The position numbers were made by a program, and so were the translations under genes. The notes under the pieces were generated by a model. It had not been told where the DNA came from and did no database searches. It saw only the letters and a program-made list of their open reading frames with translations. Positions 20,817 to 30,678 of a DNA stretch of 53,701 nucleotides are shown in pieces (position 1 is the first letter of the stretch; every line of letters begins with the position of its first letter). The stretch covers positions 1-53,701 of the forward strand of contig CAVFBU010000002.1 in the NCBI GenBank assembly GCA_963620725.1, written 5' to 3'. This DNA comes from Vescimonas coprocola (lineage in GTDB: Bacteria > Bacteroidota > Bacteroidia > Bacteroidales > Bacteroidaceae).

Positions 20817-22481
20817 TTACTTCTTGATCTTGATGACTGGCGCTATGTTGTTGAGGCGTTGGGTCGGGAGGGTGACGACGAGGCCGTCGGCCGTGCGGTG
20901 GAACGGAATCTTGCCGTAGCCGAGCAGTTCCACGCGCGAAATTTTCTTGGGATAGAGCGTGCTGTTCAAGGCCAGTGCCTTGACCGTCACCTGAGTCTCT
21001 TTGGGCCATGCCAACAGCGTGACATAGAGAGCCTTATTGGTCTGTGTGAAGCGTTTCTCCTCCGCTGTGGCATTGGTGTATGCCCCCTCGTTGAATCCCT
21101 GTGCGTTGATTTTGATGTCTGAGTCAGCTATCGGCCCCTCGCCGAAGATTTTCCAGGGGCGCGTGTCGTAGATGGCTTCCTTGTTGATGGCCATCCAGTC
21201 GCCGAACTCGTTGAGAATCTTCTCCTCCTTCTCGTCGAAGGTGCCGTCGGCGCGCAGGGGTACACTCAGCAGCAGGTTGCCGTTCTTGCTGACGATGTCC
21301 ACCAACAGTTTGGCGACCGATGCCGCCGACTTATAGCGGTTGTTCTCATAGACGGACGTGTTGTAGTGCCAGTCGCCCAAACACGAGCACGACTGCCAAG
21401 GCTCCGGCAGAATCTGGTTGGGTGCTCCGCGCTCCACGTCCCATACCAACGCCTTGCGCTGGTTCTCATCGAGAATCTTGCAGAGCATGACAGCCTCCAA
21501 CTTCCCTTTGTGGACGGCCATATTGTGGTTGTAGAAGTGGGCCGCAATCTTGAGACCCGCATCGCTGATGGGGTAGAACGGGGCTACCGTCACGTCGAAG
21601 TAGATGAGGTCGGGGTTATATCGGTTGATGGCATCCACCGTGCGGTTGTAGAAATTGGTGACATACTGCTGTGTCGGCATGGCCACCCCGTTGCCCCATG
21701 CCCACTGGCGGTGGATCATGCCATCGGCCCAGCTGCCCTCGCTCATCGGGTGGTTCTGTGCATAGAGGTCCTGCGGGTCGTAGCCCTCCCACCACTTGCC
21801 TTTGCCGTCCGCTTTGGTCAGTGTGCCATCGTAGCGGATGCCCATCTTGTCGCCGTTGCGGTCATACCGCTGTGACGGCTCGTACCATGTCCACGCGTGG
21901 TCGGCATGGAAGCTGATGCCGAAGGGCAGTCCCTGCTTCTTGGCCGCTGCAGCCCATCCGGCAAGGATGTCGCGCTTGGGTCCGATGTTCCGGGAGTTCC
22001 ACGGCTGGTATTTCGAGTCCCAGAGGTCGAAGTTGTCGTGGTGGTTGCCCAGGGCGAAGAAATACTGCGCCCCGATCTTCTTGTAGAACGCCACTAACTT
22101 GTCGGGGTTCCAGTGCTCCGCCTTGAACAGCGGCAGGATGTCTTTGAAGCCCACCTCTGAGGGATGACCATAGTGTGCCACATGGTATTTGTACTTGCCG
22201 TTGCCCTCCATGTACATCTCTCGTGCCATCCAGTCGCCCGAGCCTTCCACGCACTGCGGTCCCCAGTGTGCCCAGATGCCGAACTTGGCATTTCTGAACC
22301 ATTCGGGAGTCTGGTAGTCCGTCTCCAGTGATTCCCAAGTAGGTTTGAACTTTCCGGTTTGCATCGGTTCGTCCGCTTCGGACACCGGCACTTGGTAGTC
22401 CTGTGCCTGAAGTCCGTTCGACACGGCGAAGAGCAGTCCTGCAGCCAATGCCGTTTTCTTCATGAATAAACAGGTTTTCAT
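20817..22481 (-). CDS. GH29 alpha-L-fucosidase-family glycosidase (possibly alpha-L-galactosidase)
   Basis: PEWFRNAKFGIWAHWG, HHDNFDLWDS, LIYFD, LVDIVSKNGNLLLSV; signal peptide. Start may be 22481 or 22463; promoter box on the minus strand at 22515-22522. Confidence 0.92.
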   Translation of the reverse strand: MKTCLFMKKTALAAGLLFAVSNGLQAQDYQVPVSEADEPMQTGKFKPTWESLETDYQTPEWFRNAKFGIWAHWGPQCVEGSGDWMAREMYMEGNGKYKYHVAHYGHPSEVGFKDILPLFKAEHWNPDKLVAFYKKIGAQYFFALGNHHDNFDLWDSKYQPWNSRNIGPKRDILAGWAAAAKKQGLPFGISFHADHAWTWYEPSQRYDRNGDKMGIRYDGTLTKADGKGKWWEGYDPQDLYAQNHPMSEGSWADGMIHRQWAWGNGVAMPTQQYVTNFYNRTVDAINRYNPDLIYFDVTVAPFYPISDAGLKIAAHFYNHNMAVHKGKLEAVMLCKILDENQRKALVWDVERGAPNQILPEPWQSCSCLGDWHYNTSVYENNRYKSAASVAKLLVDIVSKNGNLLLSVPLRADGTFDEKEEKILNEFGDWMAINKEAIYDTRPWKIFGEGPIADSDIKINAQGFNEGAYTNATAEEKRFTQTNKALYVTLLAWPKETQVTVKALALNSTLYPKKISRVELLGYGKIPFHRTADGLVVTLPTQRLNNIAPVIKIKK

Positions 22482-22562
22482 AATTATAGTATATGTTTTT
22501 GTTAAATTCTGCTGCAAAGGTACAGCATTTTCCTCTACAAAGGTTGGATAATCTTTGTTAAG

Positions 22563-22577
22563 AATAGTACAAAATTG
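22563..22577 (+). promoter_or_regulatory. Candidate AraC-family operator, copy 1
   Basis: AATAGTACAAAATTG; 14/15 identical to 23505-23519. Confidence 0.5.
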
Positions 22578-22648
22578 ATTTTTTAAGGAAAATGACGGGT
22601 GTTTCTGAAAAATAATGCTTACTTTTGCCCCAGAAACCTAAAACGGAT

Positions 22649-23506
22649 ATGGACATACCTATAGAATCGCTGAATTTTCAAATGCTTAACGTGGGCTTCG
22701 CCAGGCATGACGGTGACTGGAACTGGAAAAATGTCGTGTCGCCGTTCACGCGGGTGTATCTCGTGACGGAAGGGGAAGCCCGGCTCTGTCTGCCCGATCA
22801 GGTTGTCTGTCTGAGGCCGAATCACCTGTACATCATCCCCGCCCATACCATGCACAGCTATGAGTGTTCGGGTCGGTTCAGCCATTATTACCTGCACTTC
22901 TTCGAAGGCTACAAGAAGGAAACCGACGTGTTCGACTTCTATGAATTTCCCGTGGAGGTGGATGCCGAACCGATGGACGAGTCCCTATTATATAATATGT
23001 GTAGCCGCCATCCCGAGGCCGAGCTGCCGGCCAGCGACCCCACGTCGTACGACTATATGAGCAAGTTCATTGGCTATGTGCGCCGTTACAACGAGCTGAC
23101 GCTCGATGCCAAGCTGGAGCTACGCGGAAGCATCCTGCTGCTCTTCTCTCGTTTCGTGAAAAAGGCAACGCCACGGGTGTGGACGAAAGACAAACGGCTA
23201 TCCAAGGTTCTCACCTATATACACAACCATATTTATGATACCATCTGTCTGGACACCCTGGCTTCGTTGGCCTGCGTGACCAAGTCGCATTTCGTGCGCC
23301 TCTTTGTCAAGACCATCGGGATGCCCCCGTTGCAATATATCAACAGGAAGAAGATCGATAAGGCCGAGCTTCTGCTGATTACGGAAGAATCTCCCATCAA
23401 GGAAATCGCTTACGCCTTGGGCTATAGCGACCAGTCTTACTTTATCCGCCTTTTCAAGAAGACCACGGGTATGACTCCGATGGCCTATCGGAAGAATATG
23501 CGATAA
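22649..23506 (+). CDS. AraC-family transcriptional regulator
   Basis: N-terminal cupin; C-terminal double HTH (IKEIAYALGYSDQSYFIRLFKKTTGMTP). Confidence 0.95.
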   Translation: MDIPIESLNFQMLNVGFARHDGDWNWKNVVSPFTRVYLVTEGEARLCLPDQVVCLRPNHLYIIPAHTMHSYECSGRFSHYYLHFFEGYKKETDVFDFYEFPVEVDAEPMDESLLYNMCSRHPEAELPASDPTSYDYMSKFIGYVRRYNELTLDAKLELRGSILLLFSRFVKKATPRVWTKDKRLSKVLTYIHNHIYDTICLDTLASLACVTKSHFVRLFVKTIGMPPLQYINRKKIDKAELLLITEESPIKEIAYALGYSDQSYFIRLFKKTTGMTPMAYRKNMR

Positions 23507-23519
23507 TAGTACAATATTG
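23505..23519 (+). promoter_or_regulatory. Candidate AraC-family operator, copy 2
   Basis: AATAGTACAATATTG upstream of a non-consensus -7 box, TACCTTCG (23567-23574). Confidence 0.5.
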
Positions 23520-23600
23520 TCCTATACTCCGACAACAAAATGCTACCAAATCCGGCATTTTGTGCGTACCTTCGCCGCGTCATTCTAAAACTATAGCGAA

Positions 23601-23978
23601 ATGGACGGATACAAACAGAGGAAATACGATGTTGCAGTCAAGCGATATGTGCAGCAACTGGATTTGCATGCAGACGAGGAAGCCATACAGGCGTACCGCA
23701 AACTGCACAGTGCGCAATGCCACTGGAAGGAAATCCGGGACGGCATCCGGGCGGTGGGCATCCTGGAAATGGAAATCTACATCTCCGGCAACAGACTGGT
23801 GATGGTGGTGGATGCCCCAGAGGACTTCGACTGGCAGACGGCGATGAATCGACTGGCCACGCTGCCTCGGCAGGCGGAATGGGAAGAGCTGGTAGGCCGC
23901 TTCCAACGGTGCGGCCAGGCGGCTGCGAGCGATGAGAAATGGCACATGATGGAACGGATGTTCTATCTCTACGACTGA
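23601..23978 (+). CDS. L-rhamnose/L-fucose mutarotase family protein
   Basis: LDL...IQAYRKLH...W.EI..GIRAVGILEMEIY..GNRLVM pattern. Confidence 0.85.
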   Translation: MDGYKQRKYDVAVKRYVQQLDLHADEEAIQAYRKLHSAQCHWKEIRDGIRAVGILEMEIYISGNRLVMVVDAPEDFDWQTAMNRLATLPRQAEWEELVGRFQRCGQAAASDEKWHMMERMFYLYD

Positions 23979-24013
23979 AAACAAATCACAACCTACAACA
24001 TAAGACAACAGCT

Positions 24014-24961
24014 ATGGAATACAGAAAATTAGGAAATACGGGACTGGAGATCTCCAGTCTGAGTTTTGGAGCATCGTCGCTGGGCAGTGTCTTCCATGAG
24101 ACGAAGGAAGCCGAGAGCATCGTGGCAGTGGAAACGGCCATTGAGGGCGGTATCAACTTCATTGACGTGAGTCCGTACTACGGCCACTACAAGGCCGAGA
24201 CGGTGTTGGGAAAAGCCTTGAAGGTCATCCCCCGCGACAAATACTACCTGTCCACCAAGGTGGGACGCTACGGCAAGGACGGTGTGAACACCTGGGACTA
24301 CAGTGCCCGGCGTGCCACGGAGAGCGTCTACGAGAGCATGGAACGCCTGAACGTGGACTACATCGACCTCATCAACGTCCACGACATCGAGTTCCAGGCT
24401 GCCCTGCCGGGCGGTCTGCAGAAGGTCTGCGAAGAGACGCTGCCTGCCCTCGTGGAACTGAAGGCGAAGGGTGTGGTGGGTCATGTGGGCATCACGGACC
24501 TGCAGTTGAAGAACATCAAGTGGGTAATCGACCACACGCCGCAGGGCACCGTGGAGAGTGTGCTCAACTTCTGCCACTACTGTCTGAACGACGACGAGCT
24601 GCTGGACTATCTGGACTATTTCGAGGAGCGCGGCATTGGTGTAATCAACGCTTCGCCACTCTCCATGGGACTGCTCACCATGCGCGGCGTGCCCGACTGG
24701 CATCCGGCTCCCAAGCCGCTGGTGGAGGCCTGTGCGAAGGCCGCGCTTCACTGCCAGGAGAAGGGCTGCCCGATAGAACAGCTGGCCATCCAATACAGTG
24801 TGGGTAACCCGCGCATCGCCAGTACCCTCTTCTCATCGGCTAATCCGCAGAACGTGAAGCGCAACATGGAATGGGCCGGCCAGCAGGCCGATGCACAGCT
24901 CGTGGCGGAGGTGAGAGCCATCATCGGAGACCAGCTCCGCGTGAGCTGGGCCAATTCTTAA
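24014..24961 (+). CDS. Aldo/keto reductase, L-galactose (L-fucose) dehydrogenase-like
   Basis: MEYRKLGNTG...FGASSLG, INFIDVSPYYG, LSTKVGRY, INVHDIEF, NASPLSMGLL. Confidence 0.88.
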   Translation: MEYRKLGNTGLEISSLSFGASSLGSVFHETKEAESIVAVETAIEGGINFIDVSPYYGHYKAETVLGKALKVIPRDKYYLSTKVGRYGKDGVNTWDYSARRATESVYESMERLNVDYIDLINVHDIEFQAALPGGLQKVCEETLPALVELKAKGVVGHVGITDLQLKNIKWVIDHTPQGTVESVLNFCHYCLNDDELLDYLDYFEERGIGVINASPLSMGLLTMRGVPDWHPAPKPLVEACAKAALHCQEKGCPIEQLAIQYSVGNPRIASTLFSSANPQNVKRNMEWAGQQADAQLVAEVRAIIGDQLRVSWANS

Positions 24962-24975
24962 ACACGGCATAAGGT

Positions 24976-25719
24976 ATGATTATCGATGCACACAGCCACC
25001 TTTGGCTGAAACAAAACACCATGGTGGACGGACAGCCCATCCGCACGCTGTCGCCCAACGCTTCGCGCTCGCTGTTCTTCGGTGAGGAGGTGCAGATGCT
25101 GCCACCATTCATGACCGACGGCAGGAACACCGCCGAGGTGTTCCTCTCCAACATGGACTATGCGCAGGTGGGGGGAGCGGTCGTGGTACAAGAAATCATT
25201 GACGGCAACCAGAACGCCTATCTTGCCGAGGTGCAGCACGCCTATCCCGACCGCTTCTGTTGTTTGGGTATGGCCACTGACGTGGAGTCGGCGCGGCAGG
25301 CCATCCGCATGGGACTGCGCGGCTTGGCGCTTCCTGCGCACCGGCTTCTGAAACAGTCGCTGCTGGACATGCTGCCTGTGTTCAAGTTGTTGGAGGTACA
25401 GAATCTCGTCCTTTCCGTCTGTCTGGCCGACGACGAGCGGCAGATTGGCGAGATGGCCGAGGTCATCGCGGAGTGTCCGAAGCTGCGAGTGGCTGTTGGC
25501 CATTTCGGTATGCCCACCACGGCCTCGTTCCGACAGCAGGTGATGCTGGCCGACAGGAGCGACCGAGTGCGCATAGAGTCTGGCGGTATCACGTGGCTCT
25601 ACAACGCCGAGTTCTATCCCTTCCCTACCGCCGTTCGGCGCATCCGCGAGGCGGCAGACTGGGTCGGCGAGGACAAACTGATGTGGGGCAGCGACTATCC
25701 GCGCACCATCACAGCCATC
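24976..25719 (+). pseudogene. Amidohydrolase-family sugar lactonase, C-terminally truncated
   Basis: IIDAHSH, VGHFG and LMWGSDYP motifs. Similarity stops right after SDYPRTITAI and the frame runs on into unrelated sequence to 26133. Confidence 0.75.
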
Positions 25720-26120
25720 TCCACAATCAGGAACTCCGGGTCATCGACATCGAAGACCCGAAACCGCTCGCAGCAGGCGAGGTGCTGCTCCAACTGCAAT
25801 ACGTTGGCTTCTGCGGCTCAGACCTCAACACGTTCCGGGGACGCAACACCATGGCACTCAACCCCATCATCCCTGGCCATGAGGTCGAGGTGGCGTTCCA
25901 GACGAAGCTCTTCGTGCAGAAGGAACTCGACATCCGGGGCTCGCGCAATGCCACGCCACAGGACTTCCGTGCCGTCATCCGCTATCTGGAAAGAGGCACT
26001 TGTCCGACGGACCAGCTCATCACGAAGGTCATCGCTCCTGATGAGGCTATGGACACTATGCAGTGGTGGGACAAGCATCCCGGCAAGGTGTTCCGCATCC
26101 TCGTGGAGTGGGGCAGGTGA
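25719..26120 (+). pseudogene. Remnant of a Zn-dependent MDR dehydrogenase (L-galactonate dehydrogenase-like): no start codon, large in-frame internal deletion
   Basis: GEVLL..YVGFCGSDL..F...IPGHEV joined directly to the C-terminal KELDIRGSRNA..DF..VI..L. 133 codons; structural-Zn and Rossmann regions absent. Confidence 0.82.
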
Positions 26121-26128
26121 ATATGTCA

Positions 26129-26165
26129 TTTAGCCACCGTAAGCAAGTCACTTACGGTGGCTAAA
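26129..26165. terminator. 15-bp perfect hairpin ending the sugar operon
   Basis: TTTAGCCACCGTAAG-7 nt-CTTACGGTGGCTAAA. Confidence 0.75.
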
Positions 26166-26364
26166 CATATCACTTACGACTCCTCTTCTATAAGGTTGAG
26201 CTGTAACATACAAATCCGTATGTTTCGTGGCATAGGGTGCTCCTTTATCGAAAAAAATACTACCTTTGCAAAAAAAAATGTGGTTTCCCCAGACAAGAAA
26301 TGGGGAGTCGGCGCATTTAATGGATAGAAACCAAATCTTTTGGTAACATAAAAATGGAACAACA

Positions 26365-27180
26365 ATGAAACGGAAGGCTTATTACTTGATGATGCTTTGT
26401 GCCTTGACGATGGTGGGGTGCAGCGACGATGACAATGGTATGTATTTCACGAAAGACGAAGTCGTGGAGGGCGACATCCTGACGGGCAAGCAGACTGGAA
26501 TCGAAGACAATACGGTCGATGTCTATACCACGGAGCAGACCTCCGTGAACGTTCAGGGGGCTTCGGGCTATATCTCTGCCGTCTCTGAGAATGAGGGCAT
26601 CGCGAAAGTCATTACTTGCGACAACTCCGTGCCGAAGAAGGTCATTTTCATGGGAGTGGCCGAGGGCAAGACCGGGATTGTCGTGACCGATGAACGTGGA
26701 AATACCGCCAGGTTTGTCGCCAACGTGGTGGACGTGAAGAAAGCTTGGATAACAAGGGCGATATATGAGCTTGACGAGAAAAAATGTGTCGTGGAAGGTG
26801 TCAGCAAGGCCGACTCGGCGGAAATTGCCTCCTCGGTCCTTGCCAACGACAAGAAGCACCTGATGTATATCCTTTCCCGCGCGTATTATCCTTTTGAAAT
26901 GTTACGTGTAATCATAAAGGACAAGGAAGACCATTCCCTGCTTGAAGGTATTTTGTACCGCGCGGATGACGGGCAAAACGTGCGTTGTTGGGTTACACCG
27001 TATGGGAGCTACGAGGCCGTGGTGCTGGATCAGTTTTGTCAGATGCAGGACAAAGAAACGAAGCAACCATATTTCGTTTGGGATTTGACCAGCAGCTACC
27101 AAGGTAAATACCCTACCGTTACATCTGTCAAGCTGTATATTCAAGGAACACCAATCTCTTCCTATTTTATGAAGGAGTGA
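26365..27180 (+). CDS. Hypothetical lipoprotein with an Ig-like segment
   Basis: Lipobox LTMVG|C followed by acidic SDDD; AVSENEGIAKV...GVAEGKTGIVVTD; own promoter TACCTTTG at 26261-26268. Confidence 0.78.
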   Translation: MKRKAYYLMMLCALTMVGCSDDDNGMYFTKDEVVEGDILTGKQTGIEDNTVDVYTTEQTSVNVQGASGYISAVSENEGIAKVITCDNSVPKKVIFMGVAEGKTGIVVTDERGNTARFVANVVDVKKAWITRAIYELDEKKCVVEGVSKADSAEIASSVLANDKKHLMYILSRAYYPFEMLRVIIKDKEDHSLLEGILYRADDGQNVRCWVTPYGSYEAVVLDQFCQMQDKETKQPYFVWDLTSSYQGKYPTVTSVKLYIQGTPISSYFMKE

Positions 27181-27200
27181 CCACACCCACTCCAACAAAC

Positions 27201-27232
27201 ATCGGGACGACACGGAATAGTGTCGCCCCGAT
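27201..27232 (+). terminator. Hairpin downstream of the lipoprotein gene
   Basis: ATCGGGACGACAC-GGAATA-GTGTCGCCCCGAT. Confidence 0.6.
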
Positions 27233-27262
27233 TTCATAGCTTTCGTGACATTTCTTTCTGGT

Positions 27263-27440
27263 GTACCTCGGCGGCATAGTTGCCTCTGGCACTGCGTGCC
27301 GAAGGTACTTTCGTTAACCTGCGGTTTTCTTCCTCCTCGCAAGACATAGCCGGAGCACGCTCCGCTCTGCGCTTACTTCGTTCGTCAGTTCGGAAAAACT
27401 CAAATAAATTTGGTTTTTCTCTTACTTAATCGTACCTTTG
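27263..27440 (+). repeat. Cluster of intergenic hairpins, possibly a dispersed REP-like element, ending in the dxs promoter
   Basis: GTACCTCGGC/GCCGAAGGTAC; GGAGC/GCTCC; GAAAAACTCAAAT-AA-ATTTGGTTTTTC; TACCTTTG at 27433-27440. Confidence 0.45.
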
Positions 27441-27460
27441 TGTCCAAATAGAATGAAAAT

Positions 27461-29323
27461 ATGGATTTGCTCAATCATATTTCCTATCCGAACGACCTGC
27501 GCAAACTGAAGGTGGAACAGCTGCCACGACTCTGCCAGGAACTGCGCGAGGATATTGTCAAAGAGCTGTCGGTCAACCCCGGACACTTGGCTTCGAGCCT
27601 CGGTGTGGTGGAGTTGACCGTGGCACTCCACTATGTTTTCGACACACCGGAAGACCGCATCGTGTGGGACGTAGGGCATCAGGCTTATGGACACAAGATT
27701 CTGACCGGGCGGCGCGAGCAGTTCTGCACCAACCGCAAATTAGGAGGTATCCGCCCCTTCCCGTCGCCATTGGAGAGTCCCTACGATACCTTTGCCTGCG
27801 GCCACGCCAGCAACTCTATCTCGGCAGCACTCGGTATGGCCGTGGCCGCCAAGAAGACGGGCAACGACAACCGTCATGTGGTGGCCGTTATCGGTGACGG
27901 TGCACTGAGTGGCGGTTTGGCCTTTGAGGGACTCAACAACGTGAGTTCGTCGCCCAACGACCTGCTCATCGTGCTCAACGACAACAATATGTCGATAGAC
28001 CAGTCGGTGGGCGGCATGAAGCAATACCTGCTCAACCTCAACACCAATGAGACGTACAACACGCTGCGCTTCAAGATTGCCAACCAACTCAACAGGTGGG
28101 GACTGCTGTCGGAAGACCGCAAGAAAGGACTCATCCGTCTGTCGAATGCCGTGAAGTCGGCCATCAGCCACCAGCAGAACATCTTCGATGGTATGAACAT
28201 CCGCTACTTCGGACCGTTCGACGGACACAACGTTGGGGAACTGGTGCGCATCCTGCGGCAGATGAAGGCGATGAAAGGGCCGAAGCTGCTGCATCTGCAC
28301 ACGCAGAAGGGGCACGGCTACGCGCCAGCAGAGCAGGACGTGACGACCTGGCATGCGCCCGGGAAATTTGACCCCACCACGGGCGAACGCCTCGTCAGTC
28401 CGTCGTCCGACCGGCCGCAACGCTATCAGGATGTCTTCGGGCACACCCTCCTGGAACTGGCGGAACAGAACCCGAAGATTGTGGGTGTGACGCCCGCTAT
28501 GCCGACGGGCTGCTCCATGAACATCATGATGCAGGCGATGCCGGACAGGGTCTTTGACGTGGGCATCGCTGAGGGACACGCTGTGACCTTCTCGGGTGGT
28601 ATGGCGAAGGACGGACTCGTTCCCTTCTGCAACATCTATAGTGCCTTTGCACAAAGAGCATTCGACCATATCATCCACGACGTGGCACTGCTCAACCTCC
28701 ACGTGGTGATCTGCCTGGACCGTGCTGGCATCGTTGGTGAAGACGGGCCTACCCACCACGGGGCATTCGACTTGGCCGCACTGCGCCCTATTCCCAATCT
28801 GACCATCTGCTCGCCCATGGACGAGCACGAGCTGCGCCGGCTGATGTACACCGCGCAACTGCCCAACCAGGGTGCCTTCGTCATCCGCTATCCCCGTGGG
28901 GGCGGCGTGCTGACGGACTGGCGCTGCCCGCTGGAGGAAATCAAGGTGGGAACGGGACGGAAACTGAAGGACGGCCACCATACCGCGGTGCTCACCATCG
29001 GTCCGATAGGCAACAACGCAGCGAAGGCGGTGGAGGGACTGGACGTGGCCCATTACGACATGCGGTTCCTCAAACCCCTTGATGAGGCTATCCTAACGGA
29101 GGTGGGCGAACGCTTTGCGCGCATCGTCACCGTGGAGAACGGCGTGAGGGACGGCGGGCTGGGTTCTGCCGTACTGGAATGGATGGCCGACCACCACTAC
29201 TACCCCGAGGTCATCCGGTTGGGAATGCCCACCGACCGCTTCGTGGAGCATGGCACCGTGGAGCAACTCGAACAACTTGTAGGACTGGATGCCGAAAGCA
29301 TCCGTAACGCTATCATGTCATGA
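27461..29323 (+). CDS. dxs: 1-deoxy-D-xylulose-5-phosphate synthase
   Basis: [24 protein letters not shown]...NDN (TPP binding), [15 protein letters not shown]. Confidence 0.97.
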   Translation: MDLLNHISYPNDLRKLKVEQLPRLCQELREDIVKELSVNPGHLASSLGVVELTVALHYVFDTPEDRIVWDVGHQAYGHKILTGRREQFCTNRKLGGIRPFPSPLESPYDTFACGHASNSISAALGMAVAAKKTGNDNRHVVAVIGDGALSGGLAFEGLNNVSSSPNDLLIVLNDNNMSIDQSVGGMKQYLLNLNTNETYNTLRFKIANQLNRWGLLSEDRKKGLIRLSNAVKSAISHQQNIFDGMNIRYFGPFDGHNVGELVRILRQMKAMKGPKLLHLHTQKGHGYAPAEQDVTTWHAPGKFDPTTGERLVSPSSDRPQRYQDVFGHTLLELAEQNPKIVGVTPAMPTGCSMNIMMQAMPDRVFDVGIAEGHAVTFSGGMAKDGLVPFCNIYSAFAQRAFDHIIHDVALLNLHVVICLDRAGIVGEDGPTHHGAFDLAALRPIPNLTICSPMDEHELRRLMYTAQLPNQGAFVIRYPRGGGVLTDWRCPLEEIKVGTGRKLKDGHHTAVLTIGPIGNNAAKAVEGLDVAHYDMRFLKPLDEAILTEVGERFARIVTVENGVRDGGLGSAVLEWMADHHYYPEVIRLGMPTDRFVEHGTVEQLEQLVGLDAESIRNAIMS

Positions 29324-30678
29324 AGATTATCATAGCCGGAGCAGGTGCCGTGGGTGTACACCTGGCGAAACTGTTGTCGCGCGACCGTCAGGACTGCGTG
29401 CTCATTGACGACGATGCCGAGCGGCTGGCCGGCCTCGACAGTAAGTTTGACATCATGACCGTGGCCGGTGCACCCACCAGTATCCGTACCCTGCGCCAGG
29501 CCAATGTCGACCAGGCCGACCTCTTTGTGGGTGTGACGCCCGACGAGAGTCAGAATATGAATGCCTGCATCATCGCCCATGCCATGGGAGCCGCGAAGAC
29601 CGTGGCACGCATTGACAACTACGAATACCTGGCACCCAGCTTAGAGTCGTTCTTCGGGCAGATGGGCATCAACTCACTTATCTACCCAGAGGTGTTGGCC
29701 GCCCTCGACATCACCAACGGACTCAAGATGTCGTGGGTGAGACAGCGGTGGGATGTCCACGACGGCGCACTCGTCATGCTTGGTGTCAAACTGCGCAACA
29801 CCTGTGAAATCCTCAACAGACCGCTCCGCGAGTTGTGCGGCCCGGAAGAGCCTTATCATGTGGTGGCCGTCAAACGCAACGGCGAGACCGTTATTCCCGG
29901 TGGCAACGATGAGTTGTGTGCCGGTGACCTCTGCTATTTCATGACCACCGGGGAATACATCCCCTATATCCGCAAGCTCGCCGGGAAGGAACACTATGCC
30001 GACGTGAAGAACGTCATCATCATGGGCGGCAGCAAGACGGCCGTGCGCGTCGGACTGACCGTGCCCGACTATATGAACCTGAAAATCATAGAAAGGGATG
30101 AGCAACGCTGCGAACGCCTCAACGAACTGCTGGCAGACACCGATGCCATGGTCATCCACGGCGATGGTCGCGACCTCGGACTGCTCCAGGAGGAGGGCAT
30201 ACAGAATACGCAGGCCTTCGTGGCACTGACTGGCAATGCCGAGACCAATATTCTGGCCTGCCTCACTGCCAAACGACTGGGCGTGCGGAAGACCATCGCC
30301 ATGGTGGAGAACCTCGACTATGTGGAGATGGCGGAGGGACTCGACATCGGTACCATCATCAACAAGAAGACCATCGCCGCCAGCCACATCTACCAGATGA
30401 TGTTGGATGCCGATGTGAGCAATGTACGGTCGCTGATGATGGTTGACTCGGACGTGGCGGAGTTCGTGGCGGCTGAAGGGTCGAAGGTTACGCAAAAGGC
30501 CGTCAAGGATTTGGGACTGCCCAGCGGCATCACCATCGGTGGTCTGGTGCGCCGCAACCAGGGCATCCTCGTCAACGGCTTCACGCGGATAGAACCCGGC
30601 GACTCGGTGATGGTGTTCTGTCACGAGCATAACCTAAAGAAACTCGAAAAATACTTCAAGTCCTCAACACTATGGTAG
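29320..30678 (+). CDS. trkA: Trk potassium uptake NAD-binding subunit
   Basis: [12 protein letters not shown]; tandem RCK N/C domains. Confidence 0.95.
   Translation: MKIIIAGAGAVGVHLAKLLSRDRQDCVLIDDDAERLAGLDSKFDIMTVAGAPTSIRTLRQANVDQADLFVGVTPDESQNMNACIIAHAMGAAKTVARIDNYEYLAPSLESFFGQMGINSLIYPEVLAALDITNGLKMSWVRQRWDVHDGALVMLGVKLRNTCEILNRPLRELCGPEEPYHVVAVKRNGETVIPGGNDELCAGDLCYFMTTGEYIPYIRKLAGKEHYADVKNVIIMGGSKTAVRVGLTVPDYMNLKIIERDEQRCERLNELLADTDAMVIHGDGRDLGLLQEEGIQNTQAFVALTGNAETNILACLTAKRLGVRKTIAMVENLDYVEMAEGLDIGTIINKKTIAASHIYQMMLDADVSNVRSLMMVDSDVAEFVAAEGSKVTQKAVKDLGLPSGITIGGLVRRNQGILVNGFTRIEPGDSVMVFCHEHNLKKLEKYFKSSTLW

Noticed and set aside
24976..26133. Intact 385-aa amidohydrolase, and a 215-aa ORF at 25473-26120
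   Set aside because: Both are chimeric read-throughs across the apparent deletion junction near 25719.
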